Source: a bacterium
GTDB taxonomy: Bacteria > Zhuqueibacterota > Zhuqueibacteria > Residuimicrobiales > Krinioviventaceae
DNA length: 64,000 nucleotides
Assembly: GCA_963675755.2 (NCBI GenBank)
Contig: CAXXMD010000002.1
Location: 992,001 to 1,056,000, forward strand
Direction: 5' to 3'
Shown in pieces: positions 9,935-20,092 of this stretch. Numbering within the stretch: the first letter of the stretch is position 1; each line of letters starts with the position of its first letter. A program made the position numbers and the translations under genes. The notes beneath the pieces are model-generated. The model did no database searches and was not told the origin of the DNA. It saw only the letters and a program-made list of their open reading frames with translations.

Positions 9935-9961
9935 TTATCGACTGGACGCATTAAAACTTTA
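9935..9961 (-). promoter_or_regulatory. Sigma28 promoter of fliC
   Basis: TAAAGTTT-N11-GTCGATAA, one mismatch to consensus. Confidence 0.9.
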
Positions 9962-10001
9962 ATTTATTACTTAAAAAAAGTAACAAATTAATGGAGGTAT
10001 T

Positions 10002-11729
10002 TTAAGAGGATTGTTGTTGTTCCAGGATATTCTGCAAAACCTGTAGGTTTTGCAATACGCGGGAATTGTAAGGATCGAGTTTTAATACATTCTTGTATCC
10101 TGTCAACGCAACATCATATCTACCGCTTTTGGCATAACAGGTTGCAATATCTATTAAAACGTCAATATTTTGAGGATCATAATGTAAATACTTGGTATAA
10201 CATTCAATTGCAAGATCATATAATTCAAATTTTATTGCAGAACCCGCAATTTTTTTCATAATTTGATAATCATCAGAATATCTGATAATATATTCCACAT
10301 GGTGAACAAAATTACCCTTTTCATCATTCACAGCACTAATAGTAGCAATTCCTACATGAGCGCCTTGATGATTAGGTTGCAGTTCTAAAATTCGCTTCCA
10401 TAATTCAACAGCTTGATGCTGATCTTTATTTACCAATTGGGTTGCAAGTAAATTCATGATATGAACATCATTGGGGAATTTTTCTAATCCCCTTTTTAAA
10501 ATATCAATTGGATTACCAAAATCACCATACTTTAGCGCAATACCAGCCCATTTTTCATAAAAAACGGGTTCAAGCGGTTTATGTTTTTCATAATCTAACA
10601 ACAAATTTTTAGCTTTTTCGGGATCATTCAGTTCTAATAAAAGACGAGCAAAAGCCGTATAATAAACGGGTATATCATCACGTAAAACAATGGCTTTTTC
10701 AAGGGCGGTCCTTGCATTTTCATATTCACCCAGGTAATAATAACAGTCAGAAATATTGCCCAATGCTCTATGGTCAAAATCAAAAGAGTCAATCAAAACC
10801 AGTGTGTGTTGAGGATTTTTCTTTTGCTCACGGTTCAATTTTATAAATCGATTAAACTCTTCAATAGCTTCCCTGTACTTTTGCAATCCCTGTAATACCA
10901 ATGCATGTGCAAAAACCACATCAAGATTACGTGGATTTTTTTGCAGTACTTTATGTATTAATACTTCTGCTTTATCAAACTGTTTTAAACTTATCAGACT
11001 ATAAGCAGTATCATTTGCAATCATTTGAAAATGTAAATCATTCATAGTTTCGCTGCAAACTTTGAACGCTCTGGTCCCAAATTCTACAGCTTTTCTGTAT
11101 TTATGCTGAACACGTAAAATCCTTATATAGTTCTGATATGCAAAAGCATTGTCCGGCTTTTCTTCAAGTTGCTTTAATAACAGAGCAGACGTTCTTTTAA
11201 ACTTGGCTTGCATTTGCTCATCTGTCAAATTATATCCATGATGATAAATACGTATATTGGTATGCAGCCAGGCAGAATTATGTACCAATTGGTTATGTAC
11301 TATGCCCTCATAATGTGCCTTTCCCTGTCGGAAAATTCGGTGAGAATAATTTTTAGAAACGCCATGAGGACTGGAGCTTAAAACTGCACAAAATATTACA
11401 TCATAAGAATCAGATTTGAGTGCATTTTTTAATAAAATTTTATCATTGGGGTCCAATTCTTCATCTGCATCAATTACCAATATCCAATCACTGGTGGCAT
11501 ATTGCAGACTTTGATTCCTTGCTTTACTAAAATCCCCTTCCCAGGGATGATGATATACTTTGGCACCAAAAGATTCTGCAATTTCTACTGTTTTATCTTC
11601 TGAACCTGTATCTACAATAATTATTTCATCTACAACATCTTGAACACTTGACAAACACTTTGGTAAAAAATGTTCCTCGTTTTTAACAATCATACATAGA
11701 GATAATGTGGGGTTGTCATTAACTGCCAT
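10002..11729 (-). CDS. GT2 glycosyltransferase with TPR repeats (probable flagellin glycosylation)
   Basis: LSLCMIVKNEE, DTGSED, DFSKARN, DADE, HHGY, then TPRs; adjacent to fliC. Confidence 0.9.
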   Translation of the reverse strand: MAVNDNPTLSLCMIVKNEEHFLPKCLSSVQDVVDEIIIVDTGSEDKTVEIAESFGAKVYHHPWEGDFSKARNQSLQYATSDWILVIDADEELDPNDKILLKNALKSDSYDVIFCAVLSSSPHGVSKNYSHRIFRQGKAHYEGIVHNQLVHNSAWLHTNIRIYHHGYNLTDEQMQAKFKRTSALLLKQLEEKPDNAFAYQNYIRILRVQHKYRKAVEFGTRAFKVCSETMNDLHFQMIANDTAYSLISLKQFDKAEVLIHKVLQKNPRNLDVVFAHALVLQGLQKYREAIEEFNRFIKLNREQKKNPQHTLVLIDSFDFDHRALGNISDCYYYLGEYENARTALEKAIVLRDDIPVYYTAFARLLLELNDPEKAKNLLLDYEKHKPLEPVFYEKWAGIALKYGDFGNPIDILKRGLEKFPNDVHIMNLLATQLVNKDQHQAVELWKRILELQPNHQGAHVGIATISAVNDEKGNFVHHVEYIIRYSDDYQIMKKIAGSAIKFELYDLAIECYTKYLHYDPQNIDVLIDIATCYAKSGRYDVALTGYKNVLKLDPYNSRVLQNLQVLQNILEQQQSS

Positions 11730-11745
11730 TATTTAAACCATTTTT

Positions 11746-14583
11746 TTAAGAAATTCGAATATTATTATTTATTACTGCGTCTAAAATTTGCACCAAACCG
11801 TTCAACAATGAAGCTTGATACCTGATAAATGAAGGAAAGGTATTGATTGAAATAGTGTTATCATTAAAATCAAGCTCCGAGATAAAACTACCGGATTCAT
11901 TGGTAAACAAATCAAACACAACGGGTAAGGTTTTATAAACTATGGGTATTACATCTGTTCCTTGGCTTGCCATATTGCCAAGTAATTTCAAAAAAAGCCC
12001 CATACTAAAAGTATCTATCATTGGCTTTTCTGAATTATTTTCAAAAGGAAATTCAAATTGGTTAAAGTATTTGTTGATAAAAGCATTAAAATAATGTTGG
12101 TACTCGTAGCTTATATCAACATCATTTAAAAAAGCTGAACAATTCAAAAGGGCATTCAAATGGTACAAATGGTCAGTCAAGGTTGCAATTTGATTTTTCA
12201 CTTTATCTTCATAGCCATTAATATATTTTTCAAGCAAACCATTGGTTGAAATATCACTCGTGCTGGCATATAGAGCTTTTTTGCCCAAAGAGATCCAGTT
12301 CTCATTCTTATTAATTTGGCCCAATTGGATTAGTAAATCTGCACAAAAAAGATTACTGCTATGGAGCTTGCCGTCATCAAATTGTGTTAAACCAAAACAG
12401 ATTTTATTTTCGCCCAGATCTGTTTTTGACAATGTTTTTTCTATAAAAACTGCAGCATCATTACATATTTGGAGATATTTATCATCACTAAAATAATAAT
12501 ATAAATTTAGAAATCCTTTAGTAACCCAATATGTAGTATGCATATCAGGTACGGCTGCGTGTACGTCTTGATGCAAAAATCTATCATAAGGATATGCCCA
12601 ACCAATACCTGATTGGGTTTTTATAGATTGCTTGACAAGTATTTCAGATAGATACTCTAAGCGACTGTCTATATTAACATTCTCAATATCTCTGGGTAAT
12701 TTACAGAATGAGGTTAGAAACATTCCAAATGAGTCAGGGAATACAACTTTGGTTATTCCAAGTTCATTACGAGAGGTTAAGGGATTTATATTTTTATTTT
12801 CAATATGATGTTTTTGTTCTTTGGAAAGTACCTGCCCCTTACGCTCCATTTCATTAACAATAGAATCAACATCAGAAATATCATATCCGGCAAATCCATT
12901 TAGTTTGATCCACTTGAAATGATTAATAATAATCTTTGATAAATTTATAACCAGGTTAGATTGAACAAGCGTTCGCGATGTCAAAACATCAATTGGAATT
13001 TCAATTTTATAATTACCTTCAGATATTGTATTGAATTGGTCATCATTTTTTATCAAGACATCTTGAAGTTTATCTGCAAACTTTTCCGACATGTTATTAT
13101 TATTTCGAATTTTTGCAGAATAAAATTCCGTCATTACTTTATCATATAATGATTCTAATCTGTATATTTGATCTTCATAAGTATATATGTATTCCTGTGG
13201 GTCAAATTTGTATTCATCTAAAAAACCATTATTTAAAATATCAAAAATTTCAGTCACAGAATTAAATGTTCTGCCAACTTTATTCGTTGTAAAAAAATCC
13301 TGATATGACTTTAAATTTGAAGTTAATACAGGTAAACCCGCAGCAAGATATTCAAAAAGCTTATTCGCAATTGTTGTTTCCAGAAATACCTTGTTCCCTT
13401 TTTCAAGATTAAAGGGGATGATCCCAATATCATACTGTGACATTTCTTTAATTATTTGTTTAGGCGAAACCGGATCATAAATATGAATATTGTTATAATT
13501 TGCAAATAATTTATCAATCTCATTATTTTTAAATGATGGATATAAATGAATATGTATTTTTTTATTCAATGCCAATTGTGTAAATAATTCATAAAAATTA
13601 CGATGAGGATTACTGCCAATGCCTCCTTCATATACTAAATGTATGTGCCCATCTTGAGTTGATAATTTAGGGAGGTTACTGGTTGGTAGGTCCTGTTGTG
13701 ATGAATAATTAAATAAAACAATTGAATGCTCTTTTATTCCATACTGCTTACTTGCAGATTGCAATTGATAGGGAGTAGTATATACTCTACCATGGGCTCC
13801 ATAGTTTGCAATGCTTTCAAAGTATTTCAAAGTTTCATTTTCAGGATCCCTTAAGGAGATCAAGTCGTGGGTATCATGAATTACCGGGCGTTTCCCTGCC
13901 AGGGCTGTAACTGTAAGAATATCGGGTTCATTATGACAATGCACAAGATCAAAATGTTCAATTAATTCCCAAAGTTCTTTATTAGATTTAATATGAAAAA
14001 TCTGTGTATATACAGAATCAGACAAATCTTTGTACATTTGACTTAATTTTGCTTTTGCATAAGCAAGAGAAACCTTATGCCCACGCTGAATAAGTGCAGT
14101 TGCTATTTTATAATTTCGTATACAGGGAGATTCTTGAACAAATAGGATATTGAATTGTTTTGCGGGTGTTCTATAATGATCTAACATGGAATCCAGATTA
14201 TTTTCCGCAACCAGGCTCTTTAAAAAATCAATTGATCGCTTTTTATCAGGATTCAGATTAATACTTTTTTCGGCATAGTCCCTGGCATTTTCAATATTAC
14301 CAAGTATTGCTAATACTCGTGCATAGTTATAGTTGGCATCATAATGAAAAGGTTCAAGATTTAATACACTTTTAAAATATTCTTTAGCCTGCTTGTATTC
14401 CTTGGTTTTAAATTTAATAATACCAAGTTTATTCATTACATCAGTACTATTGCTATTAATATCCAAAGCTTGTAAAAGATATTTTTCAGCATCCTGCAGA
14501 TTACCATTACGCAATGCAATATTTGCAGACTTTATGACATCTGCAAAATATAATTGAGATTTTTTTTGCAAAGCTGAAGCCAT
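11746..14583 (-). CDS. TPR + GT-B (GT4-like) glycosyltransferase + C-terminal putative (alpha/alpha)6-barrel domain
   Basis: N-terminal TPRs. VHCHN, IHDTHD and NKLFEYLAAGLPVL. C-terminal GYD...GWAYPYD helical domain. Confidence 0.7.
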   Translation of the reverse strand: MASALQKKSQLYFADVIKSANIALRNGNLQDAEKYLLQALDINSNSTDVMNKLGIIKFKTKEYKQAKEYFKSVLNLEPFHYDANYNYARVLAILGNIENARDYAEKSINLNPDKKRSIDFLKSLVAENNLDSMLDHYRTPAKQFNILFVQESPCIRNYKIATALIQRGHKVSLAYAKAKLSQMYKDLSDSVYTQIFHIKSNKELWELIEHFDLVHCHNEPDILTVTALAGKRPVIHDTHDLISLRDPENETLKYFESIANYGAHGRVYTTPYQLQSASKQYGIKEHSIVLFNYSSQQDLPTSNLPKLSTQDGHIHLVYEGGIGSNPHRNFYELFTQLALNKKIHIHLYPSFKNNEIDKLFANYNNIHIYDPVSPKQIIKEMSQYDIGIIPFNLEKGNKVFLETTIANKLFEYLAAGLPVLTSNLKSYQDFFTTNKVGRTFNSVTEIFDILNNGFLDEYKFDPQEYIYTYEDQIYRLESLYDKVMTEFYSAKIRNNNNMSEKFADKLQDVLIKNDDQFNTISEGNYKIEIPIDVLTSRTLVQSNLVINLSKIIINHFKWIKLNGFAGYDISDVDSIVNEMERKGQVLSKEQKHHIENKNINPLTSRNELGITKVVFPDSFGMFLTSFCKLPRDIENVNIDSRLEYLSEILVKQSIKTQSGIGWAYPYDRFLHQDVHAAVPDMHTTYWVTKGFLNLYYYFSDDKYLQICNDAAVFIEKTLSKTDLGENKICFGLTQFDDGKLHSSNLFCADLLIQLGQINKNENWISLGKKALYASTSDISTNGLLEKYINGYEDKVKNQIATLTDHLYHLNALLNCSAFLNDVDISYEYQHYFNAFINKYFNQFEFPFENNSEKPMIDTFSMGLFLKLLGNMASQGTDVIPIVYKTLPVVFDLFTNESGSFISELDFNDNTISINTFPSFIRYQASLLNGLVQILDAVINNNIRIS

Positions 14584-14603
14584 GTATTCATCCTGAAATG
14601 AAA

Positions 14604-15656
14604 TTAATCATCATTAGAAATTACAAAATCATCCAAGGAATCCAGATCAGTTGAGGTTAATAATAAATTCTTGTAATGATTCACCTTATTATCATTATTT
14701 GAACGATTGAAATAATCTACAAGATATTGACATACAGTATTAAATTGTTCCTGAAAATTTTTTGATTTAATCTCGTTATTTTCAGATTCCATTGTAATCC
14801 ATTGTTCATAGGCAGAAACAGCAGAATCAATATTTTTCTTTTTCTCATAAGCTTTGCCCAAATAATATAATGGATCTGAAAAATGCTGATCTAGTTTGAA
14901 TGCATTTGCAAGCAAGGGTATGGATTGATTATTTAATCCCAATTCAAAACAACAATATCCTAATTCATAATAAGCTCTGGAATTATTTTCATCCAGCATA
15001 ATTACTTTACGAAAATGGCCAATTGCGTGTTCATATTCTTTGGTGGTTTTATAAATATCACCTAATGCAAAATGTAATTCTTTTTGATCGGAATGTGTTA
15101 CCAATGCTATTTTCAAAACCTCAATCGCATCAGTATAATTATTATAATAAAGATACAACTGTGCAAGATTTACTGCACTATTTAAAGATTTAGGATCAAT
15201 ACGTAAAGCAGTATCATAAAATACTATAGCATCTTGAACGTTATCCAAAGCCTGGCAACATTCTCCCAGCAATTCATAGGCCTGACTGTCTTGAGGATTT
15301 ATCAAAACAACTTTTTTATAAAAGGTAGTAGCTTTTTCAAATTCATTTTCATTTTGATATAATAAACCTAAATTGTAATAAGCCTCAGCAAGGTTTTCAT
15401 CAATATGTACAGACTGCATTAATACTTTTTCAGCATCTGCATAATTTTCCCGTAAAATATTAATAACACCCAACTGACAATATAAAACAGCCGGCGAAGA
15501 AAAATCTGATTCCAGGGCATCAGATATTACTTTTATTGCCTGGTCAAATGCTTCATTTTGAATATGTTCTTTAATTGTATCTAAAATTTGCTTATCTGAT
15601 TCTGATTCAACATTTAATTCTCTGATCTTTTCAGACAGTTTATTTGCAGCATCCAT
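14604..15656 (-). CDS. TPR-repeat protein
   Basis: Repeated AYYNLG/AYELLG/LHFALG/AYYELG units. Confidence 0.88.
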   Translation of the reverse strand: MDAANKLSEKIRELNVESESDKQILDTIKEHIQNEAFDQAIKVISDALESDFSSPAVLYCQLGVINILRENYADAEKVLMQSVHIDENLAEAYYNLGLLYQNENEFEKATTFYKKVVLINPQDSQAYELLGECCQALDNVQDAIVFYDTALRIDPKSLNSAVNLAQLYLYYNNYTDAIEVLKIALVTHSDQKELHFALGDIYKTTKEYEHAIGHFRKVIMLDENNSRAYYELGYCCFELGLNNQSIPLLANAFKLDQHFSDPLYYLGKAYEKKKNIDSAVSAYEQWITMESENNEIKSKNFQEQFNTVCQYLVDYFNRSNNDNKVNHYKNLLLTSTDLDSLDDFVISNDD

Positions 15657-15670
15657 ATTACTTTATTACC

Positions 15671-15910
15671 TCATTTTTTAGATTGCTGTAAAGACATAAT
15701 TAAAGATGAATAATCAGCAGTCAGACTTTCATTTGCAGCAATTCGATTTTGTTCTTGTACTTTGAGATAGATTTCTTCACGATGAACTGGAATATGTTTT
15801 GGAGCATGTATGCCAATACGTATACTCTTCCCATGGATTTCGAGGATGGAAATGCGGATATCATTTCCAATAGCGATGCCCTCCCCTCGCTTTCTCGTTA
15901 AAATCAACAT
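15671..15910 (-). CDS. csrA: RNA-binding regulator CsrA
   Basis: [15 protein letters not shown]...[17 protein letters not shown] plus the C-terminal helix of FliW-regulated CsrAs. Confidence 0.96.
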   Translation of the reverse strand: MLILTRKRGEGIAIGNDIRISILEIHGKSIRIGIHAPKHIPVHREEIYLKVQEQNRIAANESLTADYSSLIMSLQQSKK

Positions 15911-15934
15911 ATGTATGCCTTCCTTAGCTTTTGT

Positions 15935-16396
15935 TTAGTTTTGGCTTCCTGCCAGTATCGGTTGTTTTAACGAATAATTACTCTCCGATAATATAATCTG
16001 TTTTCCTAATTTCCTTGACGGATTAATAACGATGGGACCTCTTAAATTAGCACTTACATTATGTATGCTTTTACCAACAGTTACAATAACAAACAGTTGC
16101 CCGCCTTTAATGTCATCCAGACCAATACTCTGCAGTTCGCGTAATCCCGATTGAGCAATATAATCTTCTTTTACCATCAATGGATCAATGATTGGTAATT
16201 GCAATGCAGGATCATCAACACAGATTAACCATTGAAATGGCTCAAATCCCTGTTTGTTAAATATAATAAATTTAGATTTATCTTCAAAACCTATAATGCC
16301 TTCAGGAAATAAAACAATATCAGATTCTGTATATGTCACATCTCCCAGTGTTGTCTTTACATAATACTTTTCCATCACTTGCGATGCCTCAACCAT
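15935..16396 (-). CDS. fliW: Flagellar assembly factor FliW
   Basis: FPEGIIGFE, FQWL, SANLRGPIVIN...GKQIIL. Confidence 0.95.
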   Translation of the reverse strand: MVEASQVMEKYYVKTTLGDVTYTESDIVLFPEGIIGFEDKSKFIIFNKQGFEPFQWLICVDDPALQLPIIDPLMVKEDYIAQSGLRELQSIGLDDIKGGQLFVIVTVGKSIHNVSANLRGPIVINPSRKLGKQIILSESNYSLKQPILAGSQN

Positions 16397-16427
16397 AGAA
16401 TTTCAATCTCCATAAATTTCTCGACTA

Positions 16428-17324
16428 TTAGGCCAGATAATCCATAAGACTCATTTGCAGGATACTGGAACTGAATTGCAAGTTTGCCTGATAAATCGTG
16501 TTCATTTCTTCATAATTAATTGCTGCTTCTGCAATATCCGCATCTTCAATTGAAGATTTTAAGCTTTGCATTTGTAAATCAAATTCACTCAATGTTTCTT
16601 CTATATTGCTGATATGCTCATATCTTAATCCGGCTACGCTTGAAAAACGGGTAATATCCGTTGTTACATCTTTGATATTCATATAAGCATCTTGAATAGC
16701 ATCGCCATCATTTGCTTCTAATGCGTCTCTTAATGCAATTAAACTTTCAAAAACACCGTCTTCACCCATAAAAACTTCTTCACCCGAAAAATTGATCTGA
16801 ACATCATCTCCTTTTGATATTTCACGAAGGTGAACACCATTTATAGCTGTCTCGTTTGTCATAACAATGGTTCCATCTTCCTGCTTTTCAAATGGAGGTT
16901 GATCAACAGCAGTACCACCATATAAATATTTTGAATCATATTCCCGATTAGCTTCAGCCAATACGCGATCAATAATATAATCTACCTGATCTGCTAATAT
17001 ACTTCGTGCGTCTTCTCCTGTTGAATCTGACGCACCTTTTAATGCAATTGTAACAGCTTCCTGAAGATTTTCATTTACAGCATCTAATGAAGCCTCAGTA
17101 GAAGTTAGAAAACTTTTTGCATCTTCAATGTTTTTTTGATAAATCTCATTCTGTGCTATCAACTGGTTTAATTGAATCACTTTGGCCGTGCCTGCAGGAT
17201 CATCTGATGGTTTTTCAATACGTTTTCCTGTAGACAATTGATTATAGTATTTTTGTCTCTGGGTATTGATTGTATTCAGATGCATCATTACTGAATTGTT
17301 TTTAACATTTTGTGTTATGCGCAT
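16428..17324 (-). CDS. flgL: Hook-associated protein FlgL
   Basis: MRITQ, QLSTGKRIEKPSDDP, YLYGG, SLMDYL. Confidence 0.95.
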   Translation of the reverse strand: MRITQNVKNNSVMMHLNTINTQRQKYYNQLSTGKRIEKPSDDPAGTAKVIQLNQLIAQNEIYQKNIEDAKSFLTSTEASLDAVNENLQEAVTIALKGASDSTGEDARSILADQVDYIIDRVLAEANREYDSKYLYGGTAVDQPPFEKQEDGTIVMTNETAINGVHLREISKGDDVQINFSGEEVFMGEDGVFESLIALRDALEANDGDAIQDAYMNIKDVTTDITRFSSVAGLRYEHISNIEETLSEFDLQMQSLKSSIEDADIAEAAINYEEMNTIYQANLQFSSSILQMSLMDYLA

Positions 17325-17336
17325 TATAGCACCTCA

Positions 17337-18707
17337 TTAAACCATATTGATCAGTGTTTCAGATATTTCATCTGCCAGAGTTATCAATTTTGACGCAGCC
17401 TGATAACTACGTTGATATTTTAATAAATCTGTCATTTCTTCATCCAACGAAACACCAGTAATCGATTGTTGATAAGAATATAAATTATCTGTAAAAATTT
17501 CCTGTCCCTCATATAACGTGATGGCTTCTTCTCGTCTGTTACCTTCAGTTGCAACAATTTCAGAATAATAATCAGTAAAAGTTGCTGTATTATCAGCCAA
17601 AACTTTGGAATCCTGAAGTTGAGACATTAACAAAGCATTACCACCACTACCTGCTTCCCCATCACTGGATGTAGCAAGTAATTGATTATTTGTATATAGT
17701 GAAGAATTTAACGCTATTGTATTAGCATCTACACTGTTGACATCAAAAAATACAACACCTGTACTTCCATCATAACCATAACCTGCTTTATGTTGTGTAT
17801 TTATTGTATCAACAATAGCTGATGCCAGATTATCCAGTTTTTCAATATTTTCAGGGATGATATTTTCACGCAGATCAATCAAGGCACCCAATTTACCACC
17901 TTGAGCGGTTGCACTGGTAGTACCATCCGACCAGTTCATTTCTGCCATATCGCCATCAATTTTTGAAGAATCAAGCTGAATGAAATGTGTTTTTTGTAAA
18001 AAGACCTTACCATTAAGTGATAAATTTACTTGTCCATCATCATTTTCTTGAATGGTAATATCAGCAATTTCATTCATTTTTTCTAAAAGAACATCACGGT
18101 TATCCAGCAAACTGGAATAAGAGCCACTGCGTTTATCTACATATAATAATTTCGAGTTAATTTCAGTTATTTGTTGAGCATAATCATTAAATTTTTCAAT
18201 TTCATCACTAATTTCATCAGTGAGTTCATTTTCCATATCTGTCAGGCGCTCATTCAAGCTATTAAATTTCTTAACCAATGCGTCACCCTGGTAGATCACA
18301 TTTTCACGTAAACTTGAATTTTCAGGAGCATTTGCCAACTCACTCCAGGATTCAAAAAAAGAATTCATAATACTTGAAAGCCCGGTTTCTCCAGGTTCTT
18401 CGTATATTTGCTCAATTAACAAATGTTTTGATTCCATGGTAGACCAATAGCTAAGGGTCTGTCTTTGTAAAGACAGCTGACTGTCAATAAATCGGTTTCT
18501 TACCCGAGTTACCTCATTAACCGTAACACCAGAACCAATCTGCAGCCCTCCTCCCAAATAGTTAACTGAAGCTTCAAAATTAGTAACCTTTCGGGAATAA
18601 CCTTCAGTATTAGCATTGGCAATATTCTGGCCTGTTGTATTCAAAGCTGATTGACTTGCAGCCAAAGCACTTTTGCCAATTTCAAATATATTATTCAGAC
18701 CCGCCAC
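17337..18707 (-). CDS. flgK: Hook-associated protein FlgK
   Basis: NIANANTEGYSR, GVSLDEEMTDLLKYQRSYQAASK. Confidence 0.96.
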   Translation of the reverse strand: MAGLNNIFEIGKSALAASQSALNTTGQNIANANTEGYSRKVTNFEASVNYLGGGLQIGSGVTVNEVTRVRNRFIDSQLSLQRQTLSYWSTMESKHLLIEQIYEEPGETGLSSIMNSFFESWSELANAPENSSLRENVIYQGDALVKKFNSLNERLTDMENELTDEISDEIEKFNDYAQQITEINSKLLYVDKRSGSYSSLLDNRDVLLEKMNEIADITIQENDDGQVNLSLNGKVFLQKTHFIQLDSSKIDGDMAEMNWSDGTTSATAQGGKLGALIDLRENIIPENIEKLDNLASAIVDTINTQHKAGYGYDGSTGVVFFDVNSVDANTIALNSSLYTNNQLLATSSDGEAGSGGNALLMSQLQDSKVLADNTATFTDYYSEIVATEGNRREEAITLYEGQEIFTDNLYSYQQSITGVSLDEEMTDLLKYQRSYQAASKLITLADEISETLINMV

Positions 18708-18721
18708 TCATAAACCTCAAA

Positions 18722-19255
18722 TTAAATGGTTTTTGTCAAGGTTGGTAATTTCACTTGTTTACCAAACTTGTTACTGTTACCATGATAATCGTACTGACCA
18801 AATTCACTGTATATCAATTCCAGATTTTTATTTACAAAATCCAATGATTTGTTCAATAGATAATGATTCAGTTGATTCGTACTTTTTATTTTTTGTAAAG
18901 TATCAAGGAGGCTTTGTCTCAATTCCTGCAAACGATTTACATACTGTCTTTTGCAGATTGGAATAACCTGTTCTATTGATTGCAATTCTTTACTTGGTCT
19001 AATATGTTTCGAAAGTTCTGTCAACTTTTCAATCCGTTTTAAAGACGCAGTTTGTGCTTCTGCCATATACTGTTCAGCATCATCAGTTAATTCAGTCATT
19101 TGCAAAACATCTCGGTCAATTATAGCAAACTTTTGAACTTCAAGTTTATTTAATAAACTTTTATAAGCACGGACTTCAACTTGAATTAAGGCAATAAACT
19201 CCTCAACCCAGGAATCTTGCAAATCATTATAAATATTTTCTACTACTGTTCCCAT
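18722..19255 (-). CDS. flgN: Export chaperone FlgN
   Basis: Helical, with a 'NQLNHYLLNKSLDFV...Y' pattern; directly upstream of flgK. Confidence 0.8.
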   Translation of the reverse strand: MGTVVENIYNDLQDSWVEEFIALIQVEVRAYKSLLNKLEVQKFAIIDRDVLQMTELTDDAEQYMAEAQTASLKRIEKLTELSKHIRPSKELQSIEQVIPICKRQYVNRLQELRQSLLDTLQKIKSTNQLNHYLLNKSLDFVNKNLELIYSEFGQYDYHGNSNKFGKQVKLPTLTKTI

Positions 19256-19269
19256 TTTTCTATTCCTGG

Positions 19270-20082
19270 TTAAACATCACCAAGCCGCTTATTAAATGTA
19301 TCGGCATAATTTTGTACTTTTTTAATATAATTTTGTGTTTCTTTGAACGGAGGAACCCCACCGTAGCGTTTTACGTTACCTGGGCCCGCATTATAAGCTG
19401 CTAATGCCAGATCTACATCTCCGTCAAACCTGTCAAGTTGCTCTTTAAGATATTTAACTCCACCTTCAATGTTCTGATGCGGATCAAAAGAATTTTTCAC
19501 ACCCATTTCATTGGCTGTACCATCCATTAACTGCATTAATCCTTTAGCTCCAACATGAGATTCAGCATTAGGATCGCCTGCAGATTCCTGAGCTATAACG
19601 CCATAAATCAAGTTTTCAGGAACATCATATTTTTGTGATGCTTTTTCGATGGTTGATTTAAATTTACCAATCTTTTCGAACATTGGTAAATTGGATAACT
19701 TTTTATATTCTGAATTAATAATATTCTTTAAAGAAACAGGCTGTTTCAAGGTTAATTCTTTTGAATTTTCATTTTGTCCTAAATCCCTTTGTGCTAATTC
19801 ACGATACAGGATCTCACCTATGCCCATACCTCCCGCACTCGCCATTTCTTTAGACATTTCAGTATCAAACAGATTCTGGTACATATCCGCACCCAGGCCA
19901 TCTCCCATTAATGAAGATTCATCAATAGTTTCACGCATGGATGAAAGCATTTTCTGCAAAAAGATAGATTCAAAATCAGCACAAACTTTACGAAGATGTT
20001 TTAATTTAGCATCCTTTTCATTCGTATTGTTGTTTGATTCTACCGGCGAAAACAAATTATTATTTACGGGTGTAAAACTCAT
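19270..20082 (-). CDS. flgJ: FlgJ: rod-binding domain fused to an SLT (GH23) lytic transglycosylase
   Basis: LRKVCADFESIFLQKMLSSMRET, then IAQES, GLMQLM, AAYNAGPG, PPFKETQNY. Confidence 0.9.
   Translation of the reverse strand: MSFTPVNNNLFSPVESNNNTNEKDAKLKHLRKVCADFESIFLQKMLSSMRETIDESSLMGDGLGADMYQNLFDTEMSKEMASAGGMGIGEILYRELAQRDLGQNENSKELTLKQPVSLKNIINSEYKKLSNLPMFEKIGKFKSTIEKASQKYDVPENLIYGVIAQESAGDPNAESHVGAKGLMQLMDGTANEMGVKNSFDPHQNIEGGVKYLKEQLDRFDGDVDLALAAYNAGPGNVKRYGGVPPFKETQNYIKKVQNYADTFNKRLGDV
19298..19324 (-). promoter_or_regulatory. Putative sigma28 promoter for flgN-flgK-flgL-fliW-csrA
   Basis: TAAA-N15-GCCGATAC within the flgJ 3' end, about 40 nt before the flgN start. Confidence 0.65.
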
Positions 20083-20092
20083 AGTATTATCT

